Origin: Amoebidium appalachense
Taxonomy: Eukaryota > Protista > Ichthyosporea
Length of the DNA stretch: 64,000 bases
Direction of reading: 5' to 3'
NCBI GenBank assembly: GCA_963693365.1
Contig: CAVNZM010000003.1
Coordinates: 13,421,252-13,485,251 of the forward strand
Shown piece after piece: positions 12,957-27,411 of this stretch; the stretch's first letter is position 1, and each line of letters begins with the position of its first letter. The notes beneath the pieces are model-generated. The model was not told the DNA's origin. It did not search any database and saw only the letters and a program-made list of their open reading frames with translations. Both the position numbers and the translations under genes were made by a program.

Positions 12957-14600
12957 CAGCAATCTTGCGCGAACATCCAAAACATATCAAACCCATCTAG
13001 GATATGCAACTGTATATTAATGGATACCTTTTGGATATACAAACGATATGTAGGATGGTTTCGGTCGAACATATCAATACCATCCACTGGATATATACAA
13101 CATGTCTATTTCATCCTGACCTCCAACCGATGTCCAATATATATGTAGTTGCATGCTTAGATAGTGATCAAGATATTGCACCCCCATTAGATATCACATA
13201 TGGATATCCATGCTGTACCTCCATTGAGCATCGTTGTGATATCACATATCTGGATATGCAATCAATGCTTATATGGATACATAATTGCACCTATAATGGC
13301 CATTAAATACACATTAGATGCATATGAATGCAGACATCAAACGCCATCTGGTTGGTTCCATCAGCAAACTTCCCCGTGGTATTGCCAATATTGTGAGGCT
13401 ATTATCTATTGCCAATATCGTAAAAACACCAGATTAATACTGAAGTAATATCAATTATCCATTGCCAATGTATTGCGAGTAGAGATTTTCTGTGGTAGAG
13501 ACGCTATAGAAGTGTAATAGAACTGTAATATTGACGTAATATCGGCATAATATTTTTATATTATTGTCATACCATGTCAGGTCTACCACCAATAACTATA
13601 TACCGTATGAGTAATGTACTGGCAATATCCCAAAATGCGTGTACGTGTGCCTATTAACAATACAATTTCGATATTGTCAATGTACTTATTCGGTATTATA
13701 CTATTGCTTGCGGAGTATTGTCAATACGTTATGAATATATAAAATGTAGGACAATTTTGTGTCAAATTAGGGTATTGTCCAACGTGGCAAGACTATTGCC
13801 AATATATTATGAATGTATTTTTCCTGACCATTTTGGGATATTGGCAATATACCCAACCCATATGTCCCATATGGCCGATACAAACATAATGTCGCTATTG
13901 GTTATAGGGTTATGATATGATTATAATAGGATCTCAATTCGGTCGAAATGTATTGCCAATGTATCCGTCACAATATCAAGACTATTATGCACCTATTATC
14001 AATAGGTAAAAGCAACCGAAAATATGGGGCGTGTATTTTATTGCCAATATATTGGTAAAATATTGGGGATGAAAGATCAGGTCACTTTACCTACCAACAC
14101 ATGTTCAACAAACATGTTCGGAGTGTAGTCCTTGTATGCGCAGTACATTGCTAATACCGTGGTATTAGGGTGGACATATACTGACATTATGTAGATCATA
14201 TCCTACCCATATCACATCCATATTAGTAGAACATAAACATGATATAGCAAGAAAACTTTTATCCTATTGCGAATATCTAAGGCACAAGTGGTATTGGCAA
14301 TGTCACGAATACATCTATAATACTGTCACCAATACGGACACAGCTAAGGACACCATATATTGGTTATAGTCTCAGTATATACTGCCAGTATGTTCGAATG
14401 CGAACAAATCATTACGTAGGAGGTACTATCAATATACTACCAGTACCTGTACGATATACACACGTCATATACAATACGTTTGCAGTATATTATGGGTGCA
14501 TTTCCGTACCAAGATTGAGAAGGGCAACGGCCATAACAAGTGGTCCTCACGTTTTTAGCACCTCAAAATATAAAAGTTCTTTGTTTTGAATACTGTTCCT
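12957..14600 (+). mobile_element. Left TIR and AT-rich subterminal-repeat arm of a large DNA transposon (CMC/Plavaka-like)
   Basis: Starts CAGCAATCTTGCgcgAACATCC (matches 60359); dense GATATCC and ATTGCCAATA motifs; right boundary approximate. Confidence 0.6.
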
Positions 14601-15044
14601 GGGGAAGTTGTTCCCGTGGTCCGTGGTACAAACGTCACCGAACGTCCTACCATTAAACCTTTCACCAGCCTACATCCTGTGTAAGCTGTAGGGTATAAAA
14701 CTTGAAGTAGCATAAAGGATAATACAGGAAAGTAATGACAACCCCCCCCCCCCCCCCCCCCAACCCTAAAAAAAATATAAAAAAAACCTGGAGGAATAGA
14801 GTAAAAATTCTGAAACGCAAATCTAAGAGAACTCGCAGTCCCTACACACGTCCCCGAGACGCATCAAAGTTTACAGCATCCCCCCCCTCCTCCCCCTCCA
14901 TTTTGTTTTAGTCCTATGTCTTTATGCCCCCTTGTTACTTGCAATACTTTTCTTTCTTCGAAACATCCCTCACTCCCCTCACCCCCTTCCCCCCCAAACC
15001 CATCACCACGGACGCTGCCAGTGTAACCACTCCACACACACACA

Positions 15045-15179
<135 letters not shown>

Positions 15180-15332
15180 CCACCCACCCATGCATACACG
15201 CACACACACAAACTTCCCCTTCTTCCTCTCAACTCTCTACCCTCTTTTACGTTTCACTGTGTGTTTCCTCTCTCGTTCTAGCACCAGTTTTGCTAACCGT
15301 TACAAACTTCACCTACTCTTGTTCAAGCCTCT

Positions 15333-15896
15333 GGGGGCGGGTTGGTGCATGGTAAGATCTCTGCGTGTCAAGCTCAAAGTCGCAGGATCGATCCTGGTTA
15401 CTTCCGATTTTTCTGCCTCGACGGTCCACCGGTCTGGCCGCCCCCTAGAAGCCATCACCCCAGACCACGTCAAGCAGCACCACCAATTTGTTATCATCCG
15501 GCCGCAAGACATGACGTCATGAACAGCACCGGCCCTCTGACGTCGACGGCGCGCCGCTTGGGCATCCCAGCCCAACGTTCAAGTGGGAGACCAATCCGAG
15601 TCACCGGCCACGGTTCGGGTCAGCGTCCTGGGCATGGGGTCTTCCCCTTTCAAGTCTTTATGTTTGTGTGTGTCCCGGGTCGCTCCCGGCTGGTGTTGTT
15701 AAAGTGAGCTGTGCTCACTCCCCCCACTAGCGTTGCTGCGGCTAGAACCGTGGGATAAGGCGTAACTAAAAATAGTGCCAGTTGGGGTCAAATAGGATCC
15801 TGACTTATCAGTGTGCTATACAGTACGATCTGTGTCTAGGCGGAAGACGGTAAGCTCTTCTGAGGCAGTGCCTCGCCGGGAGTGAAACGGGATATA

Positions 15897-15931
<35 letters not shown>

Positions 15932-15951
15932 AAAAAAAAATAAAAAAAAAA
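15333..15951 (+). mobile_element. tRNA-derived SINE with poly-A tail
   Basis: tRNA-like head with A box (TGGTGCATGG) and B box (GGATCGATCC); poly-A 15900-15951; 14-bp TSD CTTGTTCAAGCCTC at 15318-15331 and 15952-15965; second copy at 28664-29222. Confidence 0.88.
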
Positions 15952-16362
15952 CTTGTTCAAGCCTCGACTGGTTGCTGAAATCACCTCCTTTCCTTGTCCT
16001 TTTATGACCCCCCCCCACCCCTCCTCCCCTCCCCCGTCCCCCCCCCCCCCCCCCCCTCCCCCCCCCCCCCTCCCTTCCCGGCTGAAGCCTTAGTCTGTAC
16101 TGAATAATCTCTGTCCTTGTGACCCACCCTCTCGTCCTTCACCCCCTCCCCCCCCCCCCCCCCCCCCCCTTCTTCCTGCCCGGTTCCCCCCATACCTGTT
16201 CGCCTCGATTACTTGCAGTATTTCTTCTTATCCCTCCCCGATAACTATTAATTTTTTTCCCTCTTCTCCCATTGATCCTGTTTTGGTCCTGTGTCCCTCT
16301 ATTCCAATGTCCTTTGCGATGCTTTGCTTCTTTGGCTGCCACCCTCGAATGCACACATCATC

Positions 16363-16409
<47 letters not shown>

Positions 16410-16589
16410 CCCCCCCCCCCCCCCCCCCCCCCTTCCCTCTCGTTCCAGCGCCGGTTTTACCCATTATGGACTTAACCTGCTTTTGCTCAAGCCTCCACAT
16501 GTCTGAAATTCTACCCCTTTCTCTCGTACTCTTTACCACCCCCCCCCCCCCCCCCCCCCTCTTGTCCTCCTACTACCCCTCTCCCCCCA

Positions 16590-16777
16590 AAAAAACACAC
16601 ACGCACACAGATACACACAAACACACACACACACATAACACACACAGCATTCGACACCGTCCAATCTTGTTCTCACCAAGGCATCCACATGCTCGCACAC
16701 AATGCAAAAACATGCACTCCAAAAACATGCACTCACACACACGCACGCACATGCACACCGGGACACACACACACACC

Positions 16778-16835
<58 letters not shown>

Positions 16836-17066
16836 ACACACACACGACGTACACAGACATGCTCACACACACAAACACACAACACACACACACACACATA
16901 CAGAGAGACACACACACATATGCACACACACGGTGCATTTCCTCCCCTCCCCTTCCCTCTCCACAGAGCACACACACACACACACGTGCACACATGCACA
17001 CACACGGTGCATCCCCCCCCCCCCCCCCTTCCCGCTCAAACTGAGCACATACACACACACATACAT

Positions 17067-17125
<59 letters not shown>

Positions 17126-17269
17126 CACACATGCACACATGCACGGACACGAATCCCCCCCCTTGCCCTTCCCTCTCCACCGAGCACATGCACACATGCA
17201 CAGACATGCACATACACACACACACCACACACGACGCACACAGACATGCACACACAGACAAACACACAA

Positions 17270-17323
<54 letters not shown>

Positions 17324-17766
17324 CACACACACGGTGCATTTCCCCCCTCCCCTTCCCTCTCCACAGAGCACACACACACACACGTGCACACATGCACACA
17401 CACGGTGCATCCCCCCTCTCCCCCCCTTCCCTTTCAACTGAGCACATACACACACACAGACATACACACACACACAACATACACAGACATCCACACATCA
17501 GACACAGACACGCATACACACACACACACACACATGCACATATGCACACACAGACACACACACATGCACATGTACACTCACACATGCACACACACACACA
17601 CACGCAAACACGGACACACACACACACACATACAGATATGCACACACACACACTGTCTCTCTCTCTTTCTCTCCCTCCCTCCCTCCCTCCCTCCCCCCTC
17701 CCTCCCTCCCTCCCAACCATCCCTCCCTCCCTCCCTCCGTCCCTCCCTCCCTCCCTCCCTCCCTCC

Positions 17767-17813
<47 letters not shown>

Positions 17814-17893
17814 ACACACATGCACATGCACATGCACATGCACATGCACATGCACATGCACATGCACACTCACATATGCACTCACACACACAC

Positions 17894-17928
<35 letters not shown>

Positions 17929-18110
17929 GACATGCACACTCTCTCTCTTTCTCTCTTTCTCTCCCTCCCTCCCTCCCTCCCTCCCCCCTCCCTCCCTCCC
18001 TCCCTCCCAACCCTCCCTCTCCCTCCCTCCCTCCCAACCCTCCCTCCCTCCCTCCCTCACACATACACACATACACACACACGTACACACGTACACACGT
18101 ACACATATGA
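16590..18110. repeat. Compound CA/CACATG/CCCT micro- and minisatellite
   Basis: (CA)n blocks interleaved with a recurring CACGGTGCAT..CCCTTCCCTCTCCACAGAGCAC unit and (CCCT)n. Confidence 0.9.
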
Positions 18111-18482
18111 CCCTCTCTTCTCTTATGTAGTATCGTAGGAACGCTTGACAAAGGTACTACACGGGTGTTGGTTGGATGATGACAGTACATGTACCAGTGG
18201 GATAGATGCTGTTTACTCCAGGCAATGTACCAGTGTGTCGATTGATTTAGCTAATATTAGATCTATGTTTAGCTGTGTGTTGTTTTTTCTCTTTTTTGTA
18301 TTTAAGGCCTGGCCGGCCTCATAAAATGCTATCTAATCTTACTCGAGATTGAGCTTTTTTGGCCTTGAAGGCCGATCTTAATAAAGTACTGTGAATGTGT
18401 CCCCTGATGAGGGACTCTAGTCGATATATCTGCAAAACGACCCCCCTCCCCCCCCCCTCCCCCCCCCCCCCCCCCCCCCCCT

Positions 18483-18555
<73 letters not shown>

Positions 18556-18800
18556 AAAACAAACAAAAAAGAAAGAAAAAAAGAGCGAGAGAATCCTTGT
18601 TTCTCGTATGTTACCAGCACGTAAGCAAGTATTTTATTCATTCACATACCTTGTTAGGTATGTGTAGTATATTATGGTGTTATTATTTTTTGGTTTACAA
18701 TATGGTGTCCACGTTCCCAATATATCGTTATTGTCGACCAACTACTATGGTAGTATAATGCTATGATGACAATTTGTGCATGTGTTACTTATAAGCATCG

Positions 18801-20620
18801 GGTTTTTTCACTAACTACCCACAGAGTAGCTTCTAGCACGATAAATTCACCACAAATTATAAGGGGAGATGATGAATGTGCCCTTGGAGTACGAGGGCCA
18901 CACGAAAAAAACACAACGTTGTAGCTCGTATAGAACCCCCCTTGTAGCACAGTATATGTCCATGTGTTCAACCTAGGCATTTTTGGTTTTTTCAATAACT
19001 ACCCACAGAACAGCCTCTCGCCCGAGACATTTACCACAAAGTTTATGGGGGGGATGGTGAATGTGCCCCTGGAGTACGAGGGCCACACGAAAAAAACACA
19101 AGGTTGTAGCTCGAATAGAACCCCCCTTGTAGCATAGTATATGTACATGTGTTACCTAGACAATATTGGTTTTTTCAATACCTACCCACAGAACAGCTTC
19201 TAGCACGAGACATTTACCACAAAGTTTATGGGGGGGATAGTGAATGTGCCCCTGGCGTACGAGGGTCACACGAAAAAAACACAACGTTGTAGCTCGAATA
19301 GAACCCCCCTTGTAGTATAATATGTGTACATGTGTTACTTACACATTATTGGTTTTTTCAATAACTACCAACAGAACAGCTTCTAGCACGAGAAATTTAC
19401 CACAAAGTTTATGGGGGGGATGGTGAATGTGCCCCTGGAGTACGAGGGTCACACGAAAAAAACACAACGTTGTAGCTCGAATAGAACCCCCCTTGTAGCA
19501 TAGTATATGTACATGTGTTACTTACACATTATTGGTTTTTTCAATAACTACCCACAGAACAGCCTCTCGCACGAGAGATTTACCACAAAGTTTATGGGGG
19601 GGATAGTGAATGTGCCCCTGGAGTACGAGGGTCACACGAAAAAAACACAACGTTGTAGCTCGAATAGAACCCCCCTTGTAGCATAATATATGTACATGTG
19701 TTACCTAGACATTATTGGTTTTTTCAATAACTACCCACAGAACAGCTTCTAGCACGAGACATTTACCACACAGTTTATGGGGGGGATGTTGAATGTGCCC
19801 CTGGAGTACGAGGGTCACACAAAAAAAACACAACGTTGTAGCTCGAATAGAACCCCCCTTGTAGCATAATATATGTACATGTGTTACTTACACATTATTG
19901 GTTTTTTCGATAACTACCCACAGAACAGCTTCTAGGACAAGAAATTTACCACACAGTTTATGGGGAGGATGGTGAATGTGCCCTTGGAGTACGAGGGTCA
20001 CACGAAAAGAACACAACGTTGTAGCTCGTATAGAACCCCCCTTGTAGCATAGTATATGTCCATGTGTTACTTACACATTATTGGTTTTTTCAATAACTAC
20101 CAACAGAAGAGCTTCTAGCACGAGACATTTACCACACAGTTTATGGGGGGATGGTGAATGTGCCCCTGGAGTACGAGGGTCACACGAAAAAAACACAACG
20201 TTGTAGCTCGTATAGAACCCCCCTTGTAGCATAGTATATGTACATTAGTAGGTAACACGGTGTTACCTAGACATTATTGGTTTTTTCGATAACTACCCAC
20301 AGAACAGCTTCTAGCACGAGAAATTTACCACACAGTTTATGGGGGGAGATGGTGAATGTGCCCCTGGAGTACGAGGGGCACATGAAAAAACCACAACGTT
20401 GTAGCTCGTATAGAACCCCCCTTGTAGCATAGTACATGTACATGTGTTACCTAGACATTATTGGTTTTTTCAATAACTACCCACAGAACAGCTTCTAGCA
20501 CGAGAAATTTACCACAAAGTTTATGGGGGGATGGTGAATGTGCCTCTGGAGTACGAGGGTCACACGAAAAAAACACATCATTATAGCCCGGATTGAAACC
20601 CCCCTTGTACCATGTATATC
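18801..20620. repeat. 183-bp tandem satellite, about 10 units
   Basis: GGTTTTTTC anchor at 19168, 19351, 19534, 19717, 19900, 20083 (period 183); edge units diverged. Confidence 0.95.
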
Positions 20621-22323
20621 ATATATCATGCGGCATGTGTTAGTTTCGCGTTATTGGTTTCCTAGCACGAGATATTCAGCACACAGTTGGGGTTGTGGGG
20701 GCAGTGTACACCTACAATATCAGGGGTACCGCGCGGCAAAAACACCCCCCCCCCCCCCCCCCCCGGGGGGAGGGGGTCACGCGTGCGATGGTGCACTTAT
20801 TATTACGTTAACTAGGCAGGGTATAGCATCAACGTTATTATATGTGCTGCTGAGTTTCTTTGGTTGTACACCCGTCACCAGTCAATTTATTGGTGTTGGC
20901 GCCCACCTGTGACACCACCTCGGAAGACTGGGGTCACATGTGTGGTGCACACGGTGGGTAAATATCATCAAACTGTAGCTGCAAAAGAATGTGCAATTAT
21001 GCATCACTGTCTGGTATTTGCCTATCCCCCCCCCCCCCCCCCCCCCCCCGCCCCCCCCCCCCCCCCCACACCGGGCCCTCCCCCCCCTCCCCCCCCCACC
21101 CCCCCCCCCACCCCAGGCCGCCTCTCCACACCACACACACACGCACCACACACACACACACTGCTGCAGAGCTACATGGATGCCTTCACCATCACGCGTG
21201 ACGATATTTAATTAGTATTGGTGATATTGTACCAATACGTAACGTATATTGGTAATAGATAGTACATAGAATATATATATCACACGAATATAAATAATAC
21301 GAGAGCCATATGGGGACCCCTTCCTGAATCGCACGCACGCGTGTATACGTCGCGTTGAAGATTGTTTACTTGTGTGCTTGATGCCACTATCAAACCGAAG
21401 TTAATAAAGTGACCATACGGAACACGTATGGATGTCGACATGTGCAATACATTGGCAATTCATTGACAATGATTATGGGGCTGTGCTTACCGTACCGTGT
21501 GCATATTGCCAATATATTGAGCATGTGATTGAGGTATTAATAAAGTTTTTATTAATACATTGGCAATGTTCGTCATACGTATTATTCTTAGATATAAGAC
21601 GTTACTCCGATATGCCTTTCATATTATAAGCGCACTTCTATGAAAAACTACTTCGGGACGTGTGTTGCCTCTAGGGGGACATCCCCTTGGACGAAAGTGA
21701 ACCTGCAATGGTTGTAAACCATGGCAAGCCCCCAGTCATCAATTTATTGATCCGTGAGGTCCATGTGCCCAAAAAACGGGGGAAGTCTTCGCCCCGTGAA
21801 AAAACAGCACGTATGTGTGGATCAATGGGGGTTGTGTGTGGGTGTAGGTGGGTGGGTGAAAAGGAATATATAGCTGTAAGGCTGTGGATGCTAAACACAG
21901 AAGATGTGTTTGTAGCTTGCTGATCTGCTAAAAACTGTCGTGCTTATATACCTAAGCCTACCGATCTGAGCCAATCAAAAATCGATCTAGTGATATGTGA
22001 AATCTGATCCGAGCCAATCATAACTCGGTCTAGTGATCTGTGGTATCTGATGTTTTGACTGGCTAATAAGTGCCCGTGTGCGGGCAGCCAACCGCTAACT
22101 GCTAAAACACGAAATGAAGCCTACATGGTTATGTTGGTATCGAACACCCATCCTACGTGTTTACCCAGAAAAATATTTATGTCAATAATTTCCACAAATA
22201 AAACCTCTATGAAAAACTACTTCGGGACGTGTGTTGCCTCTAGGGGGACATCCCCTTGGACGAAAGTGAACCTGCAATGGTTGTAAACCACGGCACGAGA
22301 GCAGTATGCTTGCTCCAAAGGTT

Positions 22324-23384
22324 TCACTTAAGAATAGAGGCGAATACACGTGTGGTGGTGGCAGCAATGGAGGCCGGACGAAGTCGGGTATAGATCAGGA
22401 AGCAGTCGGAGGACCACCGGCCGAGTTGTTTGATCCGGGAGTCGTCGACCCCGGCCTCAGCCAGTGCTGTGGCCCCCCCGATGCGGAGGCTGTGTCCGGC
22501 AAACCGGGAGGGTGAGAGGCCTGCCCGGGAGAGGAGGGCACGGAAATCGGCAGAGAAAGCACTCTTGGTGTAGGGGATGCCACCGAGACTGAAGAGGGGG
22601 TCGTCGGGTTGACCGGACGTTGTATCCAGGAACTGCCGGAGGAGATGGGCTGGGGAGAAGTGGGTGAGGGGCAGGGCAGCTAGGGTGACGTTGACACCTC
22701 GGGCCTGTACATCCGTCTTAGAGGTTGGCAGGTGGAGGGTGGCATGGGACAAAGTACCGGTGGGGGTGTAGCTGAAGGTCACGTCCTTCCGTTTAACGTG
22801 ACGGGACGGGTCGAAAGAAGTCAGGGTCTTGGAGGTAAATTCCCCTGAACGGAGGAGACCACAGAAACCGACGATGAGGGCCGTCCATAGCCGGAGATTG
22901 GCCGAGGAGGCCTTGGTGGGGCACTGGCCATGGAGTAGGCGGAGGTGGGAGGGGAGGAGGGGTTCCCTGGTGGATGAGCAGGGTCGGATGTTGTGAGAAA
23001 GCTGCCATCGGCCTACCCCCCGTAGGAACCAGGCCAGAGACTTGTCGTGGGGGTAGGGAGCAGGGAGGCCCATGTCGAGGTGGAGCCTGGTGATGGCCGA
23101 ATTGTAGCCGGTTAAGGAAGAGGCCTGTACCCCTCGTTGGGCACACCAGGCGAGAAAAAGTTGCACGGTGTGTGGGGAGGCCGGGAGGGAGGACCCGGAG
23201 GGGGATTGCAGCCGAGATGCCACACAGAAATCGATGAACACTTTTTGCACCCGGGAGTAAAAGGCCCGAGAGTCGAGGTTGAGACTCAGGGCCTGGCATT
23301 CCTGCAGGGTAGTGGTGGCTCGAAGCAGCTCGGCCGGAGCAAAGTGGGGGGCCAATCTGCCAGTGTTGCTCCGGAACGGGAGAT
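22324..23384 (-). CDS. Tyrosine recombinase of YR retrotransposon (uninterrupted frame)
   Basis: GLLRSGE (R), SKTD (K), GHSLRIGGAT (HxxR), GRWSSDCFLIY (W,Y); start placed at the predicted splice acceptor. Confidence 0.93.
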
Positions 23385-23693
23385 CTGGGGGGGGGGGGGG
23401 GGGGGGGTTAGCCCAAGGGAAGGGATAGGAACTCGTGGACCCAGGAGGGGAAGGGGCAGGGCTCCGGTTGCAGGGAAGGTCGGAGTCGTCGGGCCCGGGG
23501 AAATTTCGCAGGCCAACTACGGCGCCCGCGCGCATCAAGAATAAATGTCCCTATACAAAGACGTTTATTTTGGCCACTGCACATAATTTTACTCCCCCCC
23601 CCCCCCCATCCCACGAGCCTCCCCCCTTACACTCACCTAGCACTCCCTCCCCCCCCCCCCTTCTTCTACCGCTGTGTCCGCCCACACCCCCGC

Positions 23694-23788
23694 GTGCTCG
23701 GGCACGTTCCCCTGCACAGGGCCCCGCTGCCCTCCCTGCCAACCCTCACTTGGGCCCAGCTGCCCTACTCTAACCCCCCGGGGCCCTG

Positions 23789-23852
<64 letters not shown>

Positions 23853-25532
23853 CTGCCGGGATCTCCCCAAGGGTACACCACCCTTGCTAACCACCCCTTC
23901 CCCCGAGGCTCAGACCCGGAGGCCCGCCCGCTGCCCCAGCACCACATTGACACCTCCCGCCTCCGGGAACTGCTGGCCTCCTACCCGGACCAACCATTCG
24001 CCGCACAACTCCTCCACGATGTCGAATTCGGCGTCGACATCGGCTAGCGCGGCCCCTCCACCTCTCGGGTGGGCCCCAACCTACCCACCACCCCGGAGGC
24101 AGCTGCCGCTATCACGGTGGATATTGCCAAAGAAGTCGCCCTCGGCCACCTGCGCGGCCCCCTCTCCCCGGCCCAATTCTTTGACGAATTTCCCGTCCAC
24201 CGTTCCTCCCCCATCGGCGCCGTTACCAAGAAAGGGAACCCCCCCAAGTACCGTCGAATCCACCACCTCTCCTGGCCCCGGGGTAGCAGTGTCAATGACA
24301 GCATCACCTACCCCGACGAACTTCAGTACATTCGCGCCCGGGATGTCACCCAACTCATTCTCGACGCAGGCCCCGGCTGCTACATGGCCGTGGCAGATGT
24401 GCAGGCTGCCTTCCGGCACATGCCCATCCGACCGGAAGACCACCACTTAATGGCATTCAAATGGCAAGGGCATTTTTACGTTGAAACCAGACTGCCCTTC
24501 GGCCTGAAATCTAGCCCAGCCATCTGGGAACGGATCGCGGCCACCCTACAGTGGCTGGCACACCAGCACGGTATTACCCTATCCGCCACTACGTAGACGA
24601 CTGGATTATAGTCGTCCCCACACAACAGCAGTGCCAACGTCACCTATCCACCTTCCTGCAACTCTGCCGAGAGCTGCACATTGCCATCTCCGAAGACAAG
24701 ATGCAGGGCCCGGCTACCCATGTCGTCTTCATCGGTATCGAATTCGACTCCATCGCCATGGAGGCACGAATCCCGGCTTCCAAGCTCTCGGACCTACTCG
24801 ACCTCACTTCCCACCCAAAGCCCACCATCACCATTCGGGACCTCCAGTCCCTCCTCGGCAAACTCACCTGGTGTGCCCAGCTGGTTCCCCCCGGGAGGGC
24901 CTTCTCCCAGCGCCTATGGGCCCTTCTCCGGACCCACCCACACCTTGCCGGCCACCACCACATACGACTGACTGCTGCCGCCCGGGCCGACATAGCCGAA
25001 TGGCACCAGTTCCTCACATCATGGAATGGGGTGCACCTCATCACACCCCCCACATACACCACCCTGGCCACTGATGCTGCCGGATCGGTGGGTCTAGGTG
25101 GCCACTGGCTCGACCAATGGTTCTTCATGCCCTGGTCCCCCTCCACCCAAGCCCTCTATGCTCATGAGGGTAAACTCGGTTCTTCCGTCATCGAACTCCT
25201 GGCCATCGCAGCCGCCGTGGCCCTCTGGGCCCCCTCCTGGTCCACCCACCATGTCCGTATTTTATGCGACAACACGGGTGCTGTGGCTGACCTGCACTCC
25301 CGGTCTTCCCCCCCACCCCGTGATGGCCAAACTTATTCGGTTCATCACCCGCATGGAAATGCAATACCAATTTACGTTACAGGCATCCTACCTACCAGGA
25401 CCCCTCAACCATCTGGCCGATGCCATTTCTCGTAACCAACTTCCCCGGGCCCGACGACTCCGACCATCCCTGCAACCGGAGCCCTGCCCCTTCCCCTCCT
25501 GGGTCCATGAGTTCCTATCCCTTCCCTTGGGC

Positions 25533-25535
<3 letters not shown>
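23694..25535 (+). pseudogene. DIRS/Ngaro-type RT-RNase H
   Basis: RRIHHLSWP, DVQAAFR, LPFGLKSSP, YVDD, TDAA, ELLA, CDN, ADAISR; stop at 24045 and frameshifts near 24581 and 25316. Confidence 0.92.
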
Positions 25536-25563
<28 letters not shown>

Positions 25564-25565
25564 AG

Positions 25566-26626
25566 ATCTCCCGTTCCGGAGCAACGCTGCCAGATTGGCC
25601 CCCCACTTTGCTCCGGCCGAGCTGCTTCGAGCCACCACTACCCTGCAGGAATGCCAGGCCCTGAGTCTCAACCTCGACTCTCGGGCCTTTTACTCCCGGG
25701 TGCAAAAAGTGTTCATCGATTTCTGTGTGGCATCTCGGCTGCAATCCCCCTCCGGGTCCTCCCTCCCGGCCTCCCCTCACACCGTGTAACTTTTTCTCGC
25801 CTGGTGTGCCCAACGAGGGGTACAGGCCTCTTCCTTAACCGGCTACAATTCGGCCATCACCAGGCTCCACCTCGACATGGGCCTCCCTGCTCCCTACCCC
25901 CACGACAAGTCTCTGGCCTGGTTCCTACGGGGGGTGGGCAGATGGCAGCTTTCTCACAACATCGGACCCCGCTCATCCACCAGGGAACCCCTCCTGCCCT
26001 CCCACCTCAGCCTACTTCACGGCCAGTGCCCCACCAAGGCCTCCTCGGCCAATCTCCGGCTATGGACGGCCCTCATCGTCGGTTTCTGTGGTCTCCTCCG
26101 GTCAGGGGAATTTACCTCCAAGACCCTGACTTCTTTCGACCCGTCCCGTCACGTTAAACGGAAAGACGTGACCTTCACCTACACCCCCACCGGTACTTTG
26201 TCCCATGCCACCCTCCACCTGCCAACCTCTAAGACGGATGTACAGGCCCGAGGTGTCAACGTCACTCTAGCTGCCCTGCCCCTCACCCACTTCTCCCCAG
26301 CCCATCTCCTCCGGCAGTTCCTGGATACAACGTCCGGTCAACCCGACGACCCCCTCTTCAGTCTCGGTGGCATCCCCTACACCAAGAGTGCTTTCTCTGC
26401 CGACTTCCGTGCCCTCCTCTCCCGGGCAGGCCTCTCACCCTCCCGGTTTGCCGGACACAGCCTCCGCATCGGGGGGGCCACAGCACTGGCTGAGGCCGGG
26501 GTCGACGACTCCCGGATCAAACAACTCGGCAGGTGGTCCTCCGACTGTTTCCTGATCTATACCCGACTTCGTCCGGCCTCCATTGCTGCCACTACCACAC
26601 GTGTATTCGCCTCTATTCTTAAGTGA
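25566..26626 (+). pseudogene. Tyrosine recombinase, premature stop at 25787
   Basis: Inverted near-identical copy of 22324-23384. Confidence 0.9.
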
Positions 26627-27305
26627 AACCTTTGGAGCAAGCATACTGCTCTCGTGCCGTGGTTTACAACCATTGCAGGTTCACTTTCGTCCAAGGGGAT
26701 GTCCCCCTAGAGGCAACACACGTCCCGGAGTAGTTTTCATAGAGGTTTTATTTGTGGAAATTATTGACATAAATATTTTTCTGGGTAAATACGTAGGATG
26801 GGTGTCCGATATCTACAGGCTTCGTTTCATGTTTTAGCAGTTCGCGTTCGGCTGCCCGCATACGGGCACCTATTAGCCGATCAAAACATCAGATTCCACA
26901 GATCACTAGACCGAGTTTGATTGGCTCAGGATAAGATTTCACATAACACTAGATCGGTTTTGATTGGCTCAGTTCGGTAGCCGTAGGTATATAAGCACGA
27001 CAGTTTTTAGCAGATCAGCAAGCAACAACACATCTTCTGTGTTTAGGACCTACAGCTTTACAGCTATATTTTCTTTTTCACCCACCCACCTACACCCTAC
27101 ACTCAACCCCCATTGATCCCCACATACGTGCTGTTTTTTTTTTTCACGGGGCGAAGACTTCCCCCGTTTTTTGGGCACAAGGACCTCACGGATCAATAAA
27201 TTGATGACTGGGGGCCTGCCGTGGTTTACAACCATTGCAGGTTCACTTTCGTCCAAGGGGATGTCCCCCTAGAGGCAACACACGTCCCGGAGTAGTTTTC
27301 ATAGA

Positions 27306-27411
27306 CTAGACATTATTCGTTTTTTCAATAACTACCCACAGAACAGCTTCTAGCACGAGAACTTTACCACAAAGTTTACGGGGGGGATGGTGAATGTGCC
27401 CCTGGAGTACG
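27306..27411. repeat. Isolated partial unit of the 183-bp satellite
   Basis: CTAGACATTA...CCCCTGGAGTACG matches the 18801-20620 monomer. Confidence 0.9.

Noticed and set aside
15333-15407. tRNA gene
   Set aside because: Acceptor stem pairs poorly, and it is the head of a repeat with an A tail and TSDs, so a SINE
18398-18430. Hammerhead-like CTGATGA..GACTCTAGTC-GATA
   Set aside because: GAAA core is GATA and I cannot find stems I/III or a cleavage triplet
18801-20620. CRISPR-like array
   Set aside because: Whole 183-bp units repeat with no unique spacers; no cas genes; eukaryotic context
20780-20816. Possible Helitron 3' end (GTGC..GCAC hairpin then CTAG)
   Set aside because: Weak stem, CTAG not followed by T, and no matching 5' end or Rep/helicase
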